From Marsupella aquatica (lineage: Eukaryota; Plantae; Marchantiophyta), in assembly GCA_973895155.1 (NCBI GenBank), contig OZ316897.1, positions 1,266,515 to 1,330,514 on the forward strand: a DNA stretch of 64,000 nt, written 5' to 3'. Below the pieces are notes generated by a model. That model searched no databases, was not told where the DNA came from, and worked only from the letters and a program-made list of their open reading frames with translations. This document shows, in pieces, positions 1 to 13,100 of this stretch (positions are counted from its first letter, which is position 1; every line of letters begins with the position of its first letter). Position numbers and translations under genes: made by a program.

Positions 1-3000
1 TTTTTGCCAAAACCTCTTCGAACCCAGGGCTGAGCCAGGAACATCCGAGAATGGAAAATCAATCTTAGAGCAGGAAAAAAAATAGATTGAGATAGGCACG
101 AACATGCATGGAAACCTATACAGACCAGAATGGAAACGCCCTTCAAACTGGGACTCTGCTCTTGGTTGATCGCTGTTGCTACTACTCGCCAGACATTGCC
201 CTTCATTGAAACTGAAAACAAAATTTGATAGCATTGGGCAGTGTAAGTGCAAATGACAGCATTAAAAAGCAACAGCAATCTCAAGGATTGAGGTGGGGTT
301 TCAGGTAGCGTTGGCATACAATCCCTAAGTAGGTAGCAGATGCTAGGCCTAGTCATGGGGTAAAAAATGTCGTTGCATATGGCATTCAGAAAGCTAGAAA
401 AACAGACAAAGGGGTCCAAAAGCATTCATGAGCTAAGCGAGAGCTCTACATAGAATATTAGCAACAAATTGAATCACAGGAAGAACAGATTACAACACAC
501 ATTGCAAGCAGTAGGATTTATATAGCATGGACAAAATACCTAGTTGCAGCCGCACTTAGCCCAATCCCCGAAGCAGTAGGTAGCCGCTCCGTTCACACCC
601 CTCCCTTGCAGCAGCGGGTCGCCCCTTCCTTGCAGGCAGCTGCTAGCAGGTCCCTGATTGCAACTCACTTGTAGTAGAGCTCGGCCACTCGCAGGACAAT
701 GTAGTCTCGGCCACCAAGCAGGACTAAGTTGAAGGCCACCAAGTAGGACTAAACTAAAGGCCACCAAGAAGCAAACTATATGGCAAAAGGAGAAGCCTTC
801 CGGCCTCGGCGTAGCTCCGGCCTCTGTAGCAAGCTTGCGCGCCTCCCGATGAGTAAAGCCCAAAACCAAGGTCGCCTAAACCTCAATTGACTAACCAAAA
901 TGCAGAGCTGAAAGCGGAGGGAACACAAAGGCAGGATGCAGTAGAGCGAAAGGAATGCAACGTAGAGATTTAACGACAGTTGCGAGAAGGCAAGGCCCGG
1001 ATCAGGCAGACTCCATACACATGTCGTCGACTATGTTAACAAATGACGGGCGTTGGAGGAAAATGCCCGAAGAAAACCCAGGCCAAACAAGGGTCCTTTG
1101 CCAAAAAGCACAATGCATAGGTGCAATAGGAGACAAAATGTGATGGCAGGACAGCCGCTGAGAGCCCTGAAACTCCTTCGCACTTGTTCACCATATGATG
1201 CAGCCTAGAGGTTGCAACTAAAGTCCCCAATACAATCCCGCACTCGTGAAAGACGTTGCTTGTGAGAATGTGGTAAGTGGAACTCTGCACACGACTCTGC
1301 CTTGCAACGATAAACCCTTCATTTAAGACTACGCGCAAATGCCAGAAACCCTCAACATTCAAGATGCTCTGCCAATGTTCTTCGCAAAACGGAGTCCAAT
1401 GTGAGTCGGGTGCTTGACAAGGTTCCCGCGACTAAAGGAAGACAGTGCCAGGGCATGAGGGGATGACATGTGGACGGTGGAGATGCAACGTCCAACGGGA
1501 ATGGGAACGGGAAACAAATGCCAAATCGGGGAGAGGGAAGTGGTGGTGGTGGTGATGAAGGGGGACCCATGAAACCCTTTAAAGTAAAAGGAGGCCATGG
1601 TAACATCCCCTCCCCTCATAGTCGCTTTAATATACATGTAAAATCCCCCCAAAAGCATGTCTCCAAATCCCTTGAGAGAACCGTCTCTACATTGGTAAAA
1701 CAGAATTTGGTGGATGTTGTCATACTTAGACAATGACATATTAGATGACTAATCCCATCCAATTTAGTCATGGCCACATATGACCCTAATTTTTTGGCAA
1801 ATCAACAAATAGGGGTAAACTTGCAACACTTGGGGCCCTCACCGGACATGTTGCCTTAGGATTAAATGACACTGCCATTGACACATGGAATGACTTGTAC
1901 TATAGTCAATTGCAAATATGACATCTCACGACACTACACAAATGACAAGAAAGTTCACTCACGAGCTTATAAATGACACAACAATTTAGAAATGACTTCA
2001 AAATACCATGTGGAGTGGGTAGCGTCCCTGATGGCCGGCTAACAGCACCAATATGGCCAATCAGCCCCCCGAGGCCCCAAGAAGTCATATTGTCCCTGGT
2101 ATGCAGGACTGCACTATTGACATCATGAATGACCCCTATTTGTGTCATTTGCTCATATGACATCCCCTGGCATTGCATAAATGACAAAAACGTTTAATTT
2201 AGTCAAGTGCACAAATGACTCTATATCCCTTGCAAATGACAAAATGCGAGTGGTTTGCACCCCTTTGGGCAAATGACTCCAAAGTCATACAACTTGGGAG
2301 TGTTTTGCCCAAAGTTGGGCCATGCCCTTCCATGATGCAAAATGTGTGTGTTAAAAAGTGTTGTGAAGGCCAAGTGGCAAAACTAGTGGCCCAGGGTTGG
2401 TGAGTACCCTGTCGCACACCATGTGGAGTGGGTAGCATCCCTAATGGCCGGCTACGATCATGGATATGGCCAGTCAACCCCTGGAGGCCCCAAAGAGTCA
2501 TATTGTCCATGGCATGCATGACTGCAACAGTGACATCATGAATGACCTATTTTTGTGTCATTTGCATGAATGACGTCTCCTAGCACTCCCTAAATGACAC
2601 AAACCCTTAGTCACGTGCACAAATGACTCTAGATCCCTTGCCAATGACGAACAATAGTGGTTTGCACCCCTTTGGGCAAATGACTCCAAAGTCATACAAC
2701 TTGGGAGTGTTTTGCCCAAAGTTGGGTGATGCCCTTCCGCGATGTAAAATGTGTGTTTTAAAAAGTGTTGTGGAGGCCAAATGGCATAACTAGTGGCTCA
2801 GGGTGTACAAGTACCCGATCCCGTAGTATGTGGAGTGGGTAGCATCCCTAATGGCCAGCTGCAATCACAGATATTGCGAATAAGCCCCCAAAGGCCCCAA
2901 GGAGTCATATTGTCCATGGCATGCTTGACTGCCGCATTGACATCATCAATGACTTATTTTGTGTCATTTGCTTAAATGACACCCCTCGGCACTCCACAAA

Positions 3001-4126
3001 TGACAAAAACTTTTAGTCAAGTGCACAAATGACTCAAGATTCCTTGCAAATGACCAAATTAGAATGATTTGCATCCCTTTGGGCAAATGACTCCAAAGTC
3101 ATACAACTTGGGAGTGTTTTGCCCAAAGTTGGGCCATGCCCTTCCATGATGCAAAATGTGTGTGTTAAAAAGTGTTGTGAAGGCCAAGTGGCAAAACTAG
3201 TGGCCCAGGGTTGGTGAGTACCCTATCGCACACCATGTGGAGTGGGTAGCATCCCTAATGGCCGGCTACAATCACGTATATTGCAAATAAGCCCCCAAAG
3301 ACCCCAAGGAGTCATATTGTCCATGGCATGCTTGACTGCCGCATTGACATCATCAATGACTTATTTTTGTGTCATTTGCTTAAATGACACCCCTCGACAC
3401 TCCACAAATGACAAAAACATTTAGTCAAGTGCACAAATGACTCAAGATCCCTTGCAAATGACCAAATTAGAATGGTTTGCACCCCTTTGGGCAAATGACT
3501 CCAAAGTCATACAACTTGGGAGTGTTTTGCCCAAAGTTGGGTGATGCCCTTCCATGATGCAGAATGTGTGTTTTAAAAAGTGTTGTGGAGGCCAAGTGGC
3601 ATAACTAGTGGCTCAGGGTGTACAAGTACCCCATCCCGCACCATGTGGAGTGGGTAGCATCCCTAATGGCCGGCTAATCATACCCTAAACCCTAAACATA
3701 TACTAAACCATAAACCTCAAAATAGTCATATGTTGTTTATCATGTCATTTATAACTTTTGGTTTGAATGACTACTAACATTTTTAAACACTGATATTTGC
3801 ATATTTGATTTATTAGTCATTAGTCACCGTCGTCTGAAATGACTTCCCATATGTGAAACACTGATATGACAAAGTTTTTGTTAATTGTGTCATTCACAAA
3901 GACTGTCCAAAATGACTACAACTCATGATTGTTGTCATTATAGCAGTCAAAGTCATTTGGCTCATTGGTTTAAATGACACTATTGCAAGTATTAGTCATT
4001 TTTTGCACCCCGTCATTTTGGACAGTCATTTCAATGTCATTTATGTTATGTCATTTACATATTTTGTCATTTGAGCACATAAGTCATATGTGTCATAGTC
4101 ATAAAAGGCCCCATTTTCTACTAGTG
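1..4126. mobile_element. Right-hand part of a CACTA (EnSpm) element, probably non-autonomous; left end outside the window or unrecognised
   Basis: Ends in TTTTCTACTAGTG (4114-4126), the reverse complement of CACTAGTAGAAAA. Dense ATGAC/GTCAT subterminal motifs at 1740-4100 and telomere-like CCCTAAA units at 3683-3697. Sequence switches abruptly to Gypsy pol at 4127. Confidence 0.65.
2007..3678. repeat. ~408-bp tandem repeat, 4 units plus a partial fifth, with alternating A/B variants
   Basis: Anchor ATGTGGAGTGGGTAGC recurs at 2008, 2421, 2828, 3235 and 3643. Confidence 0.92.
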
Positions 4127-7100
4127 AAGTTCAATTCCTTGATATTTTTGAATTTGATGAACCTAACCCCTTGTCACCTTCAGATATGAAGAAGCATCAA
4201 GTTATTGGTGTTCAGGATAGAAGCCAGGAGGAGTGTTATACCCAACCGGAAAACACGGGAGAACAGGTTGAACCGGATTCCGATATTCCTGGACAGGTTG
4301 AACCGGATTCCGATATTCCCGGACAGGTTGAACCGGATTCCAATATTCCCGGACAGGTTAAACCGGCCTGACTATTTCCACCCCAACCGTCAAAGTCTAC
4401 CTTGTTTGTTGAACCTACACGAGAAAATAGAGTTCGATCACCTGACCCTACGGAACTTGACCCCGTTGAGAACATGGCCAATTGGGAATTTGAATCCATG
4501 GGATTCACAGAAGGCATAGTAGACCCAAAGGCTTGCCAAAAGATTGAGATTGAACCAGGGAAGTTTCTAAATATCAGCCAACACATTCAAGGTGAATAAG
4601 TATATCTCTTTACTGAAACAATATCGAGACATTTTCGCCTGGAGCCACAAAGACATCAAAGGAATTCACCCATACCTTGGGCAACATCGGATTGATCTCC
4701 TGGAAGGATCAGTACCTATTCGGCAAAGGCAGTACCGTCTCAACCCTAAGTATTCTATTATGGTTAAAGAAGAGATAGACAAGCTAACCGAAGCAGGATT
4801 TATTTTTCCAGTACTTAGCAGTGAATGGGTATCCCCCATTGTCATTGTGCCCAAGAAGTCCGGCCCCGATGGAAAAGTAAAGATCCGCGTGTGTCAAGAT
4901 TATCGAAAACTGAATGCAGTAACAAGGAAGGACCACTACCCCTTACCATTCATTGATATCGTGCTTGATACAGTAGCTGCTCACTCTCTTTTCAGTTTCT
5001 TAGATGGTTACTTGGGGTACAACCAAGTTTCAGTACGAGAAGGGGATCGGGATAAAACCACCTTCACGACGGATTGGGGGACATATGCATTTAATGTGAT
5101 GCCCTTTGGACTGTGTAATGCTCCTGGAACATTCCAAAGAATAATGATGATTATTTTCCAGGAATATCTTCATCGGTTTCTAGAAATTTTTATTGACGAT
5201 TTTTGTGTGTTTAGTTCAGCCGAATCACACTTAGAGAAACTTCGCTTGACCTTTCAAAAATGTAGGGAGGCACAACTCTGCTTACACCCAGACAAATGCT
5301 TTATTGGTATGAAAGAAGGCATTTTACTAGGCCATGTCATCTCTAGCCGAGGAATTGAGGTGGATGTTGAAAAAGTTAAAATTATACAAAAGTTACAACC
5401 CCCCACCGACTTGAGAGCTTTAAGAGGGTTCCTAGGCTATGTTGGTTACTATTATCGATTCATTTGAAACTATGCTAACATTGCTATGCCTTTGACTCAA
5501 CTGCTGAAAAAGGACATTGATTATGAGTGGACCAATGTAAGACAACAGGCCTTTGAAGAACTAAAGGACAGATTAACCAAAGCCCCGGTGTTGATTCCCC
5601 CAAATTGGGAGAAAGATTTTCATGTGTACATAGACTCTTCCGCATTTTGCATTGGTGCAGTGCTCAGTCAATTAAATGATGATAAGAAGGATCAACCAAT
5701 TTACTTTGCAAGTCGGCAGATGAATGCTGCAGAAAAGAACTACACCGTCACCGAACGAGAAGCATTGGGTGTCATTTTCTCCTGTAAGAAATTCCGTCAC
5801 TACCTACTTGGATACAAGACCTTTTTTCATACAGACCATTCATCATTGAAGTATTTGGTGAATCAGGCCGACTTGTCAGGAAGAATTGCTAGATGGGTTT
5901 TGTTGTTACAAGAATTTAACTTTGAAGTACAAGTAAGACCTGGGAAACACCATGACAATGCCGATTTCCTTTCCCGCTTACCTGGTGAAGATAGTATCAA
6001 TCCGTTATCGGATGATTTCCCTGATGAGGATCTATGGCATGTGGAAGGTGAAGATTCACTTTACTTTGATATTGTTCAAATGCTTACTCACTTAGGAATC
6101 TTCCCTCCTAACTTAAGCCAGGAACAACAAGCAGTATTCATGCATAAGGTAGGTCCTTACACCTTACAACGAGGAACTTTGTACAAACTAACTCCCGACC
6201 AGAGATTGAAGCGTTGCCTCGAGACACGTGAAGTGGACAGAGTGATTGCAGCTATGCACACAGAACAGGCTGGCGGTCACTATGCGGTGAATGTTACTGT
6301 TAAAAAAATAAAAGATGCTGGTTATTGGTGGCCAACAATGCACCGCGACACTCACAAGTACATACAATCTTGTGACCCATGCCAGCGTATGGGTAAGCCT
6401 ACTGCAACTTCCCATTGGCCTCTAACACCCATTATGCCTTTAGCACCATTTGAAAAGTGGGGTATTGATTTTATAGGACCCATACAGCCTGCTGCTGTAC
6501 ACACTCGCAATAGATACATTATCTTAGCAACAGATTTTACCACCAAATGGGTTGAAGCTCGAGCCACAAGAAAGAATGACGCTGCCACTGCGGCTAAATT
6601 CCTTTTTGAAGATATTATTACCAGATTTGGTTGTCCATTAGAGCTTGTTAGTGATAGGGGCTTGCACTCTCTCAATAACACCATTGAGCATATCACTAAC
6701 AAATATCTAATCAAGCATAGGAAGACTACTCCTTATAACCCTAAAGCAAATGGCTTAACTGAGAAGGCTAACGGGTTAATGGAGAAAATATTAGTTAAAG
6801 TGGTTTCTGCACATAAGACGGATTGGGACCAAAAGCTTCATTCAGCCTTGTGGGCTTATCGCACTGCAGAAAAGATAACCACTAAACGCACACCCTTTTA
6901 TTTAGTTTATGGTTTAGATACTGTGGTCCCCATAGAATTTGAAATACCCACAGCACGAATTGATATTTCTGACCGTCTTCCCGTTGAGGATAGTCAAATC
7001 AGTAGATTAGAAGATTTGGAAAAATTAGAAGAAGATAGACATTTTTCTCTTTTAGAAACTCGAAGGCAACAACAACAACGTGCTTCTCGCTTTGACCGGA

Positions 7101-7330
7101 AGATGAAACCAGTAAAGATTGTGGAAGAGGATTATGTTTTATTATATGACAACAGATATTTTGCCTTTCCGGGCAAACTACATACAAGGTGGCTTGGACC
7201 ATACCAAGTAAAGTATATCTTCTCTAATGGATCCTTACAACTAGCGGACCTTGACGGGCAAGAACATTCTACTCGAGTTAATGGTTCCCGGGTGAAGAAA
7301 TATTTCCTACCTACAGATGATGGTTTGTGA
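4127..7330 (+). pseudogene. pol: Ty3/Gypsy pol (RT-RNase H-integrase), non-chromovirus type, disrupted; 5' part separated by the CACTA insertion
   Basis: RT motifs RVCQDYRKLN, MPFGLCNAP, FIDD. RNase H motifs YIDSS, TEREALG, TDH. Integrase H-H-C-C zinc finger, GIDF, SDRG, TEKAN, WLGPY. Order is RT-RH-IN, no chromodomain. Frameshift near 4595 and in-frame TGA at 5465. Confidence 0.95.
4259..4367 (+). repeat. 30-bp coding minisatellite (GQVEPDSDIP-type units, ~3.5 copies) in the pre-RT linker of Gypsy pol
   Basis: GGACAGGTTGAACCGGATTCCGATATTCC units are directly visible. Confidence 0.9.
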
Positions 7331-7359
7331 GGGCGCAACACCATTTGAGGAGGGGGCTA

Positions 7360-10141
7360 TGTGAGATGATGTTTATTTGGTAAATGAAGAAATAAGGGAA
7401 ATTTAAAATTTTTAACCCTTGGAAACACTAACTCTTATGACCTTTTAGACCTGTTAGCCTCTTATGAGCACTTTAAGGTGCTAACCGGAAAAGTTGCTTG
7501 GTTGAGATGGCTGGTTCGACAGAAGAAAGCCGTTTTAACCTCCCCAACCCGTGGAACCGGTTTCCCTAATGATCTAAGTCCGGTCCATTCCACCGGAGGA
7601 TCTCAATGCAAGGAGCGGCTTAACCATTAAACCATAAGTCTTGGATCAGCCTGTAGCCAAATCTGAGACCAAAACAGGCTGAACCGGCTTTCCTCTCCTC
7701 ACACCTCTCAAGGCTGAACGAAGTAAGTCTTGAGCTCCTGAGCGAATAGTGATGCAACGATGCTGTAGTGTGAGGAATCTCTTCCGTCTGGTTGAGGGTC
7801 TTTGGTTCGGATGAGAGGACCATTCTTGATAACTCTGTGAGTGCATGGTATAGGAGAGAATTTACTGAATCGTGTAAGGTGGCAGCCTACTCCTGTAGAG
7901 GGAGGGAAGGCTGGGGAAGTAAATAGGCTTCAATCTTGGAGAAGGAAGGCCAGACGTTTGAACCGGCTTCCGCTCTGAACCGGATTTCACCTTAACGAGA
8001 ACCGGTTGAGCCACCATGAGGAACCAGAGACCCCAATCTGCTGAGAAGGCGAAGGCGGACACTACCCCTGTCAAGAGCGAGGTTCGACGGTCTAAGAGGA
8101 AGGATTTACCTATTGCTTTGAAGCCTCTAAGACCTGTACTACCAACCGGACCAGAAGAGAAGGAGAGGTTGCGGATTGATCTAGAGAGGATGGGATGTCA
8201 CAACCTACTTCTGATGACCTGGGCATGGCAGAGTGAAGATGTTATCCGAGAGATACTCACTGGAGAAGCCCCAAGTGAGTTTTCTAATACCATCAGAGCC
8301 CAACCTAAGCTTTGGACCAAAGAGGCTATTGGCAAAGCTTACCAAGTGCGTACAGATGGCTCTGGTCTACTTCCCCGAGGAGAGAACCTCACCATAGATT
8401 ACTTTGCAGGAAAGATGGATGAGAAAGAAGGATGGAGTGTTAATCAGTGCATAGATGGAGACTTGAGAAGGGTATTGGCTTTCCTGGTTCCCCTGTTATA
8501 CCCAGAGAAACCAAAACGAGTCATCCAGAGAGTAGGGAGCACTATCATTGCTGCCCTCTACAAGGGGAAGACTATTTCTTGGGCTACCATCCTATATGAT
8601 GTGATACAGAAGCTGGAAACTAATCTCAATGGGAAATCGGCTACCCCCTTGTCTTCCTACGTGATTCATTTGTATGCCCAAGCAGGAGTCCTGTTCAAAC
8701 AGGAGAAGAATCTTTTGGGGACAAAGAACAGTTATGTCCTTTATGGAGTCCCAGATCCAGAGATTGTTAAGGTAGAGGACACAGAAGAGGACGAAGAGGA
8801 AGTAGAGGTACAAGTTGTTGAACCTCCCAAGCGCCGTAAGTTAACTTTAGGAGGGAATCCGGTTCAACCGGCCAGCACCTCTATTCCTACTTCCGGTTCG
8901 CTCTTAGAATCCTCTCAAAATCATTTCTCAGTCATCCAGCGAGAGATGGAGGCAATACAAGTGAAGATGGGTATCATGGAACAGAACTTGGCCAAGATGG
9001 CTTGAGTAGCAGGTGTTCCAGTCTCAGAATTAGTAGCAAACTTGAGCATGTAATACAGACTGCTGGCAACAAGGAGAAGGTGGAGAGAATGGAAAAGGAC
9101 CTCAAGGAGAAGTCTGTTAGACTCACAGATTGTGAAAACCAGCTGAAGGAGAAGACAGAGGAGTAAGAAGGAGGAAGAAGCCATTGAGAGTCTGGAAGAT
9201 TTAGTGGATCATTTGGACCCTTTCCTGAACACCAGAGAAAGAGATTTGGTCCAGACAGAACTCTTTCGAGAGTACTTTGTAAAAGTACCCAATCCTACTT
9301 GCCTTGCTACTGTCATTCATATCTCTCAAGACTATGGAGATAAACTTGAGGACTGCCTGAATGCAATGAAGGAGATTTTGGGCCAAATGAATGAGTTACA
9401 CCAGATCTGGGCTAAAGATGATGGGGAGACACCAGTTCAGTATTCTCCATCCCCTCTATCAGGAGAACCTACCACTCTTGATACTACTGCTCCTGATTTC
9501 ACCTCTTCCTCAGGGACCATTCCTACCACCACTCCCGGACCTTTCGATTGGACTTCCCTCATGAGCAAGTATCCTACCAACCCGGTTCCCCCTGGCAACA
9601 TTGTTACTACCTCCACAGGAGTAACCTATGTTATAGAACCCCTCCAAAGCCAAGCACCTACTCCCAATATCACTCGAGAGATTCCTGAAGAGCCAGAAAT
9701 TCCTGAAGCCATAGTTAAACACCAAGACGGATGAACCGGATTCTGTAAAAACAGGTTCAACCGGAATTTATATTCAAAAGGAGGTTGAACCGGAAATTTG
9801 ATTTCCGCCTTTGTTCCGACCATTTTCCATGTTTTGTAGGAAAGGAAGGAAGTGATATGACCTCCTCTTTCACACATTATAGTTGTTTTTATCTAGTTAA
9901 CCTTATTAGTTTTTACATAATGAAAAGGCATGTCTTTTCATGTAGTTTTTCAAGCGGATCTCTCTTATATATAAGGGAGAGATTCTTCCTTGAACCTCAG
10001 ACTTAATATGACTTTCATGAAATTAGCTTTCAACTTTAAGTCTCCTTCTCTTTGAAGTAATAAATCAATGAGAAGTCTATTTTAGTAATCTTTGGTAATC
10101 TATGGTTTGTGATTCAATCTTAGTGTGTGATTATCCCTTAC
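7360..10141 (+). mobile_element. Probable long (~2.8 kb) 3' LTR of the Gypsy element; 3' boundary approximate
   Basis: Polypurine tract GAGGAGGGGG (7347-7356) lies just after the pol stop and is followed by TG at 7360. TATA-like TATATATAAG at ~9966, then an R/U5-like AT-rich tail. No 5' LTR in the window for confirmation. Confidence 0.55.
8016..9734 (+). pseudogene. Gypsy accessory ORF: plant-mobile-domain-like region, acidic patch, NLS-like PPKRRK, coiled coil
   Basis: 329-aa ORF continues past stops and frameshifts (9003, ~9051, ~9164) into a 176-aa ORF. Aligns by eye with the ORF at 54978-55694. Confidence 0.7.
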
Positions 10142-13100
10142 TAGAAAAAGCTGTTTGATGTGACTAGTAATGCTTGGTTGACCCGTAGACTGACTGGAAA
10201 CGCATGCATGAGATCATGCAAAAGCCTATTGATTCGTGTTGACTATAGAACTCTTGTATTCAATGAGGAGCTGATGCAAATTCACCACTAGAATTCCACA
10301 AATTGCGTAGATCCAAAAAAGCAATCTGATGGATTGAATAAAAGAATAAGTTGGTTCGGAGTGATTAGTACCACCTTGCTTTGACATAGGTCAGAAAATC
10401 AATACGGGCTACCTTATGCTGATCTTTTATAATTTTCTAAAGATGGCTGGTTTGAAGAGGATATGTACGCGTCAGTTTTACATGAGTTTTTACACCGATG
10501 ATTCTTAATGTACTACCGCTGGTCATGAGTTACTATGTAGTGATAAGGTGTATTTCCATCTATAACTCACCTTCTATCAGTTTTCATGCCGCTGGCTTTT
10601 GGTTTTGTTTAACACTTTTTACCCCCTTTTGATTGCACTATGGACGATACAAACGTCATACCTTTCATGGAAGTATCATAAAATTCCTTCCATAAACCTG
10701 AGCATGTTAAAAAGGCTTGTAACCTGAGTATGTTACTCAAAAGTACTCAAACTAACATATTACAATCTTTTAGGTCTCAATAGCTCTTAACGGGAACGAA
10801 TCTAGGCTATTAAAGAGAAGAATAGTTATTCTTACTCTAAACACTATTCTACACCTGGTCTTCAGACACACCGTCCCCGTTAGTCACCATTGGCTCTCTT
10901 AGTAATAAAGCATTCTTATAGTGCAGGTTTCCAGACTCAAAAAGATCATACTTACGCTTCCTAGATACAGGTATTGAATATGACACATCATGAAGTATTT
11001 GAATATATACCTGGATCATACGGATTGACTGTCATAGAATAAGTTGCAATCCCTTTTTCTCTTTGCTTTTCTAAGATATTTTGCACTGCATCAGGTGTTA
11101 GAATACAAACTCCAAGTGAAGGATCCGGTGTTTCAAGCAGACAAAAATATCTTTTAAATAGTTTGTTAACAAGCAAGTTAGTTGCAAATACCTCGTAAAC
11201 CTGATTCATAATCATACCAATATTATTACACTATAATGTATCCAGATTCCAACAAATAAGCGGACTATCTAGTAAGCTCTCGTTGCGTACAAAACCTGAA
11301 TGAAACCCATTAAACTTGTTTATTATCCCCAATCGACAATCTATTAAAGATAAGAGTTGTAGATACATGGGTTTTGCATTTAGAATACACCAAATATATG
11401 AAGGTGACATGAAGGATAATAGACTTCCTCTATCTCTATCCTTTACACAAGCCATGCATATATTGTAATGCATGTTATCAACGTGTATGTAAGGTATTAG
11501 AAATGCATTACAATATGCATATGGAGCTACTCCTGTACTATCTACACGCAATTTCAAACAATTTCAGTTCTAAGTTATTTCCATAGCATACAAATCCACA
11601 ATTTCCACAGACTTTCATGTTCCAAATGGTTTTCTAACGTAGGCCCTTCCATTCCCTACATAAGATATCAACATTCGGCCAATGCCTTGCAGACGGTCTA
11701 GTTGAATTCCTTTGTAGATTAAATGTTCGTTGTCGCGCAATTTCCCGATGCAGGTTTAATGAATGTAAAGACATAGCTCATAGAGAATATTTACCTCTCA
11801 CCAATCTATCGCAAAAATGCAAAGCTCAGGAATGTTGATCGTAGCGTGCCAACAGCTCAAGATCTTGCACTAAACACGATAGATAAATCTGTATTGTGAC
11901 ATGTAAAGTAACACATATCAATGACAGACAAAAATGATCAAGTGACCCACAAAGCAAAGTAGTCCAGAACTTAACATGGAATCAAACATCGTCAATTGTG
12001 CGTAAAAGTTAGACACAGCTTACTTTGTCAAATGCATCAAACATAGACTGAAGTGGCCAACTTATACTCAGTTAGTCCACTTGAACCGTGGGAGCATGCC
12101 TTGGATACCCGTTCAAACAACTTGGATACCCGTTTGAACACCGCACACATCTGACTTATGAACACATTGGATACCCGTTCAACCACCTAACACATCTTAT
12201 CTACCTACGTAATAGTAAATTTATTTAGACAACAAATCCAACTATTTAATTCATCCATATATGGCGGCGCTTTATAATTGTCTTTGTTGGGTATAATTGT
12301 CTGTGGTGGGTTGTTTAAAGACCCAAAAAAAGCATTAGTTAAACATTATGCTTGGCCCTTATTTAATGTTTTCATGCACCTTCACAATAAGGCTACTTGA
12401 AGGTGTTATGCATGTCTCATAAATACAAAGATAAAGGTACAATAACAAACTCATCAATAGACAAAGAATCTATCGAAATATGGCGGCGTAACATAGTCGA
12501 GTTCATTGACACATATTGGACACAACCTAATTGTAACTTCACAAGCAATAATTATCACTTTGCGCATGGCAAGTGGCATCAACCCCACACGCGTTACAAT
12601 TCTTGCACGGCTTATCAATCAAACACACATTGAATTTTTTGTACAAGTAAAACCTGTCCATTGATTACGGACTAAACCACGTTACACAGTGCTGACCATT
12701 GATAAAACACTATCAATGGTTCTAAATAAATTCTTGTCACATTTTTGCCTTATGTACTATCCAAGTTTATATTAGAATTTGGCACCATAAAACATGTATC
12801 ATTTGTGCATAGAAACGATCAATATTCTTGATGCTAGTCACACGTGTGTTCTCAACCATCACAAGAGTGACAACCCACGTTGCACGATCTACACCATCGA
12901 TAAATAAAATCCAACGAACATGAATTGCCTGGTGACATGTAATTTTCTTGTTATTTATAAATTTACAAGAGTCTCTAACTGGATCCGTAACTACTTTTGC
13001 ATCTAATGATTGCATAGACTATTAAATATACATATGTGACAAAAAATTATGTTGTCGTACCTGTTAGGTGTTCACTCACATTATTATCACCTAGTTACCA

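Noticed and set aside
540-1739. Short ORFs in the CACTA body as a captured gene
   Set aside because: No recognisable domain or consistent exon chain.
3681-3716. Telomere
   Set aside because: Only two CCCTAAA units plus degenerate ones, internal to a CACTA subterminal region.
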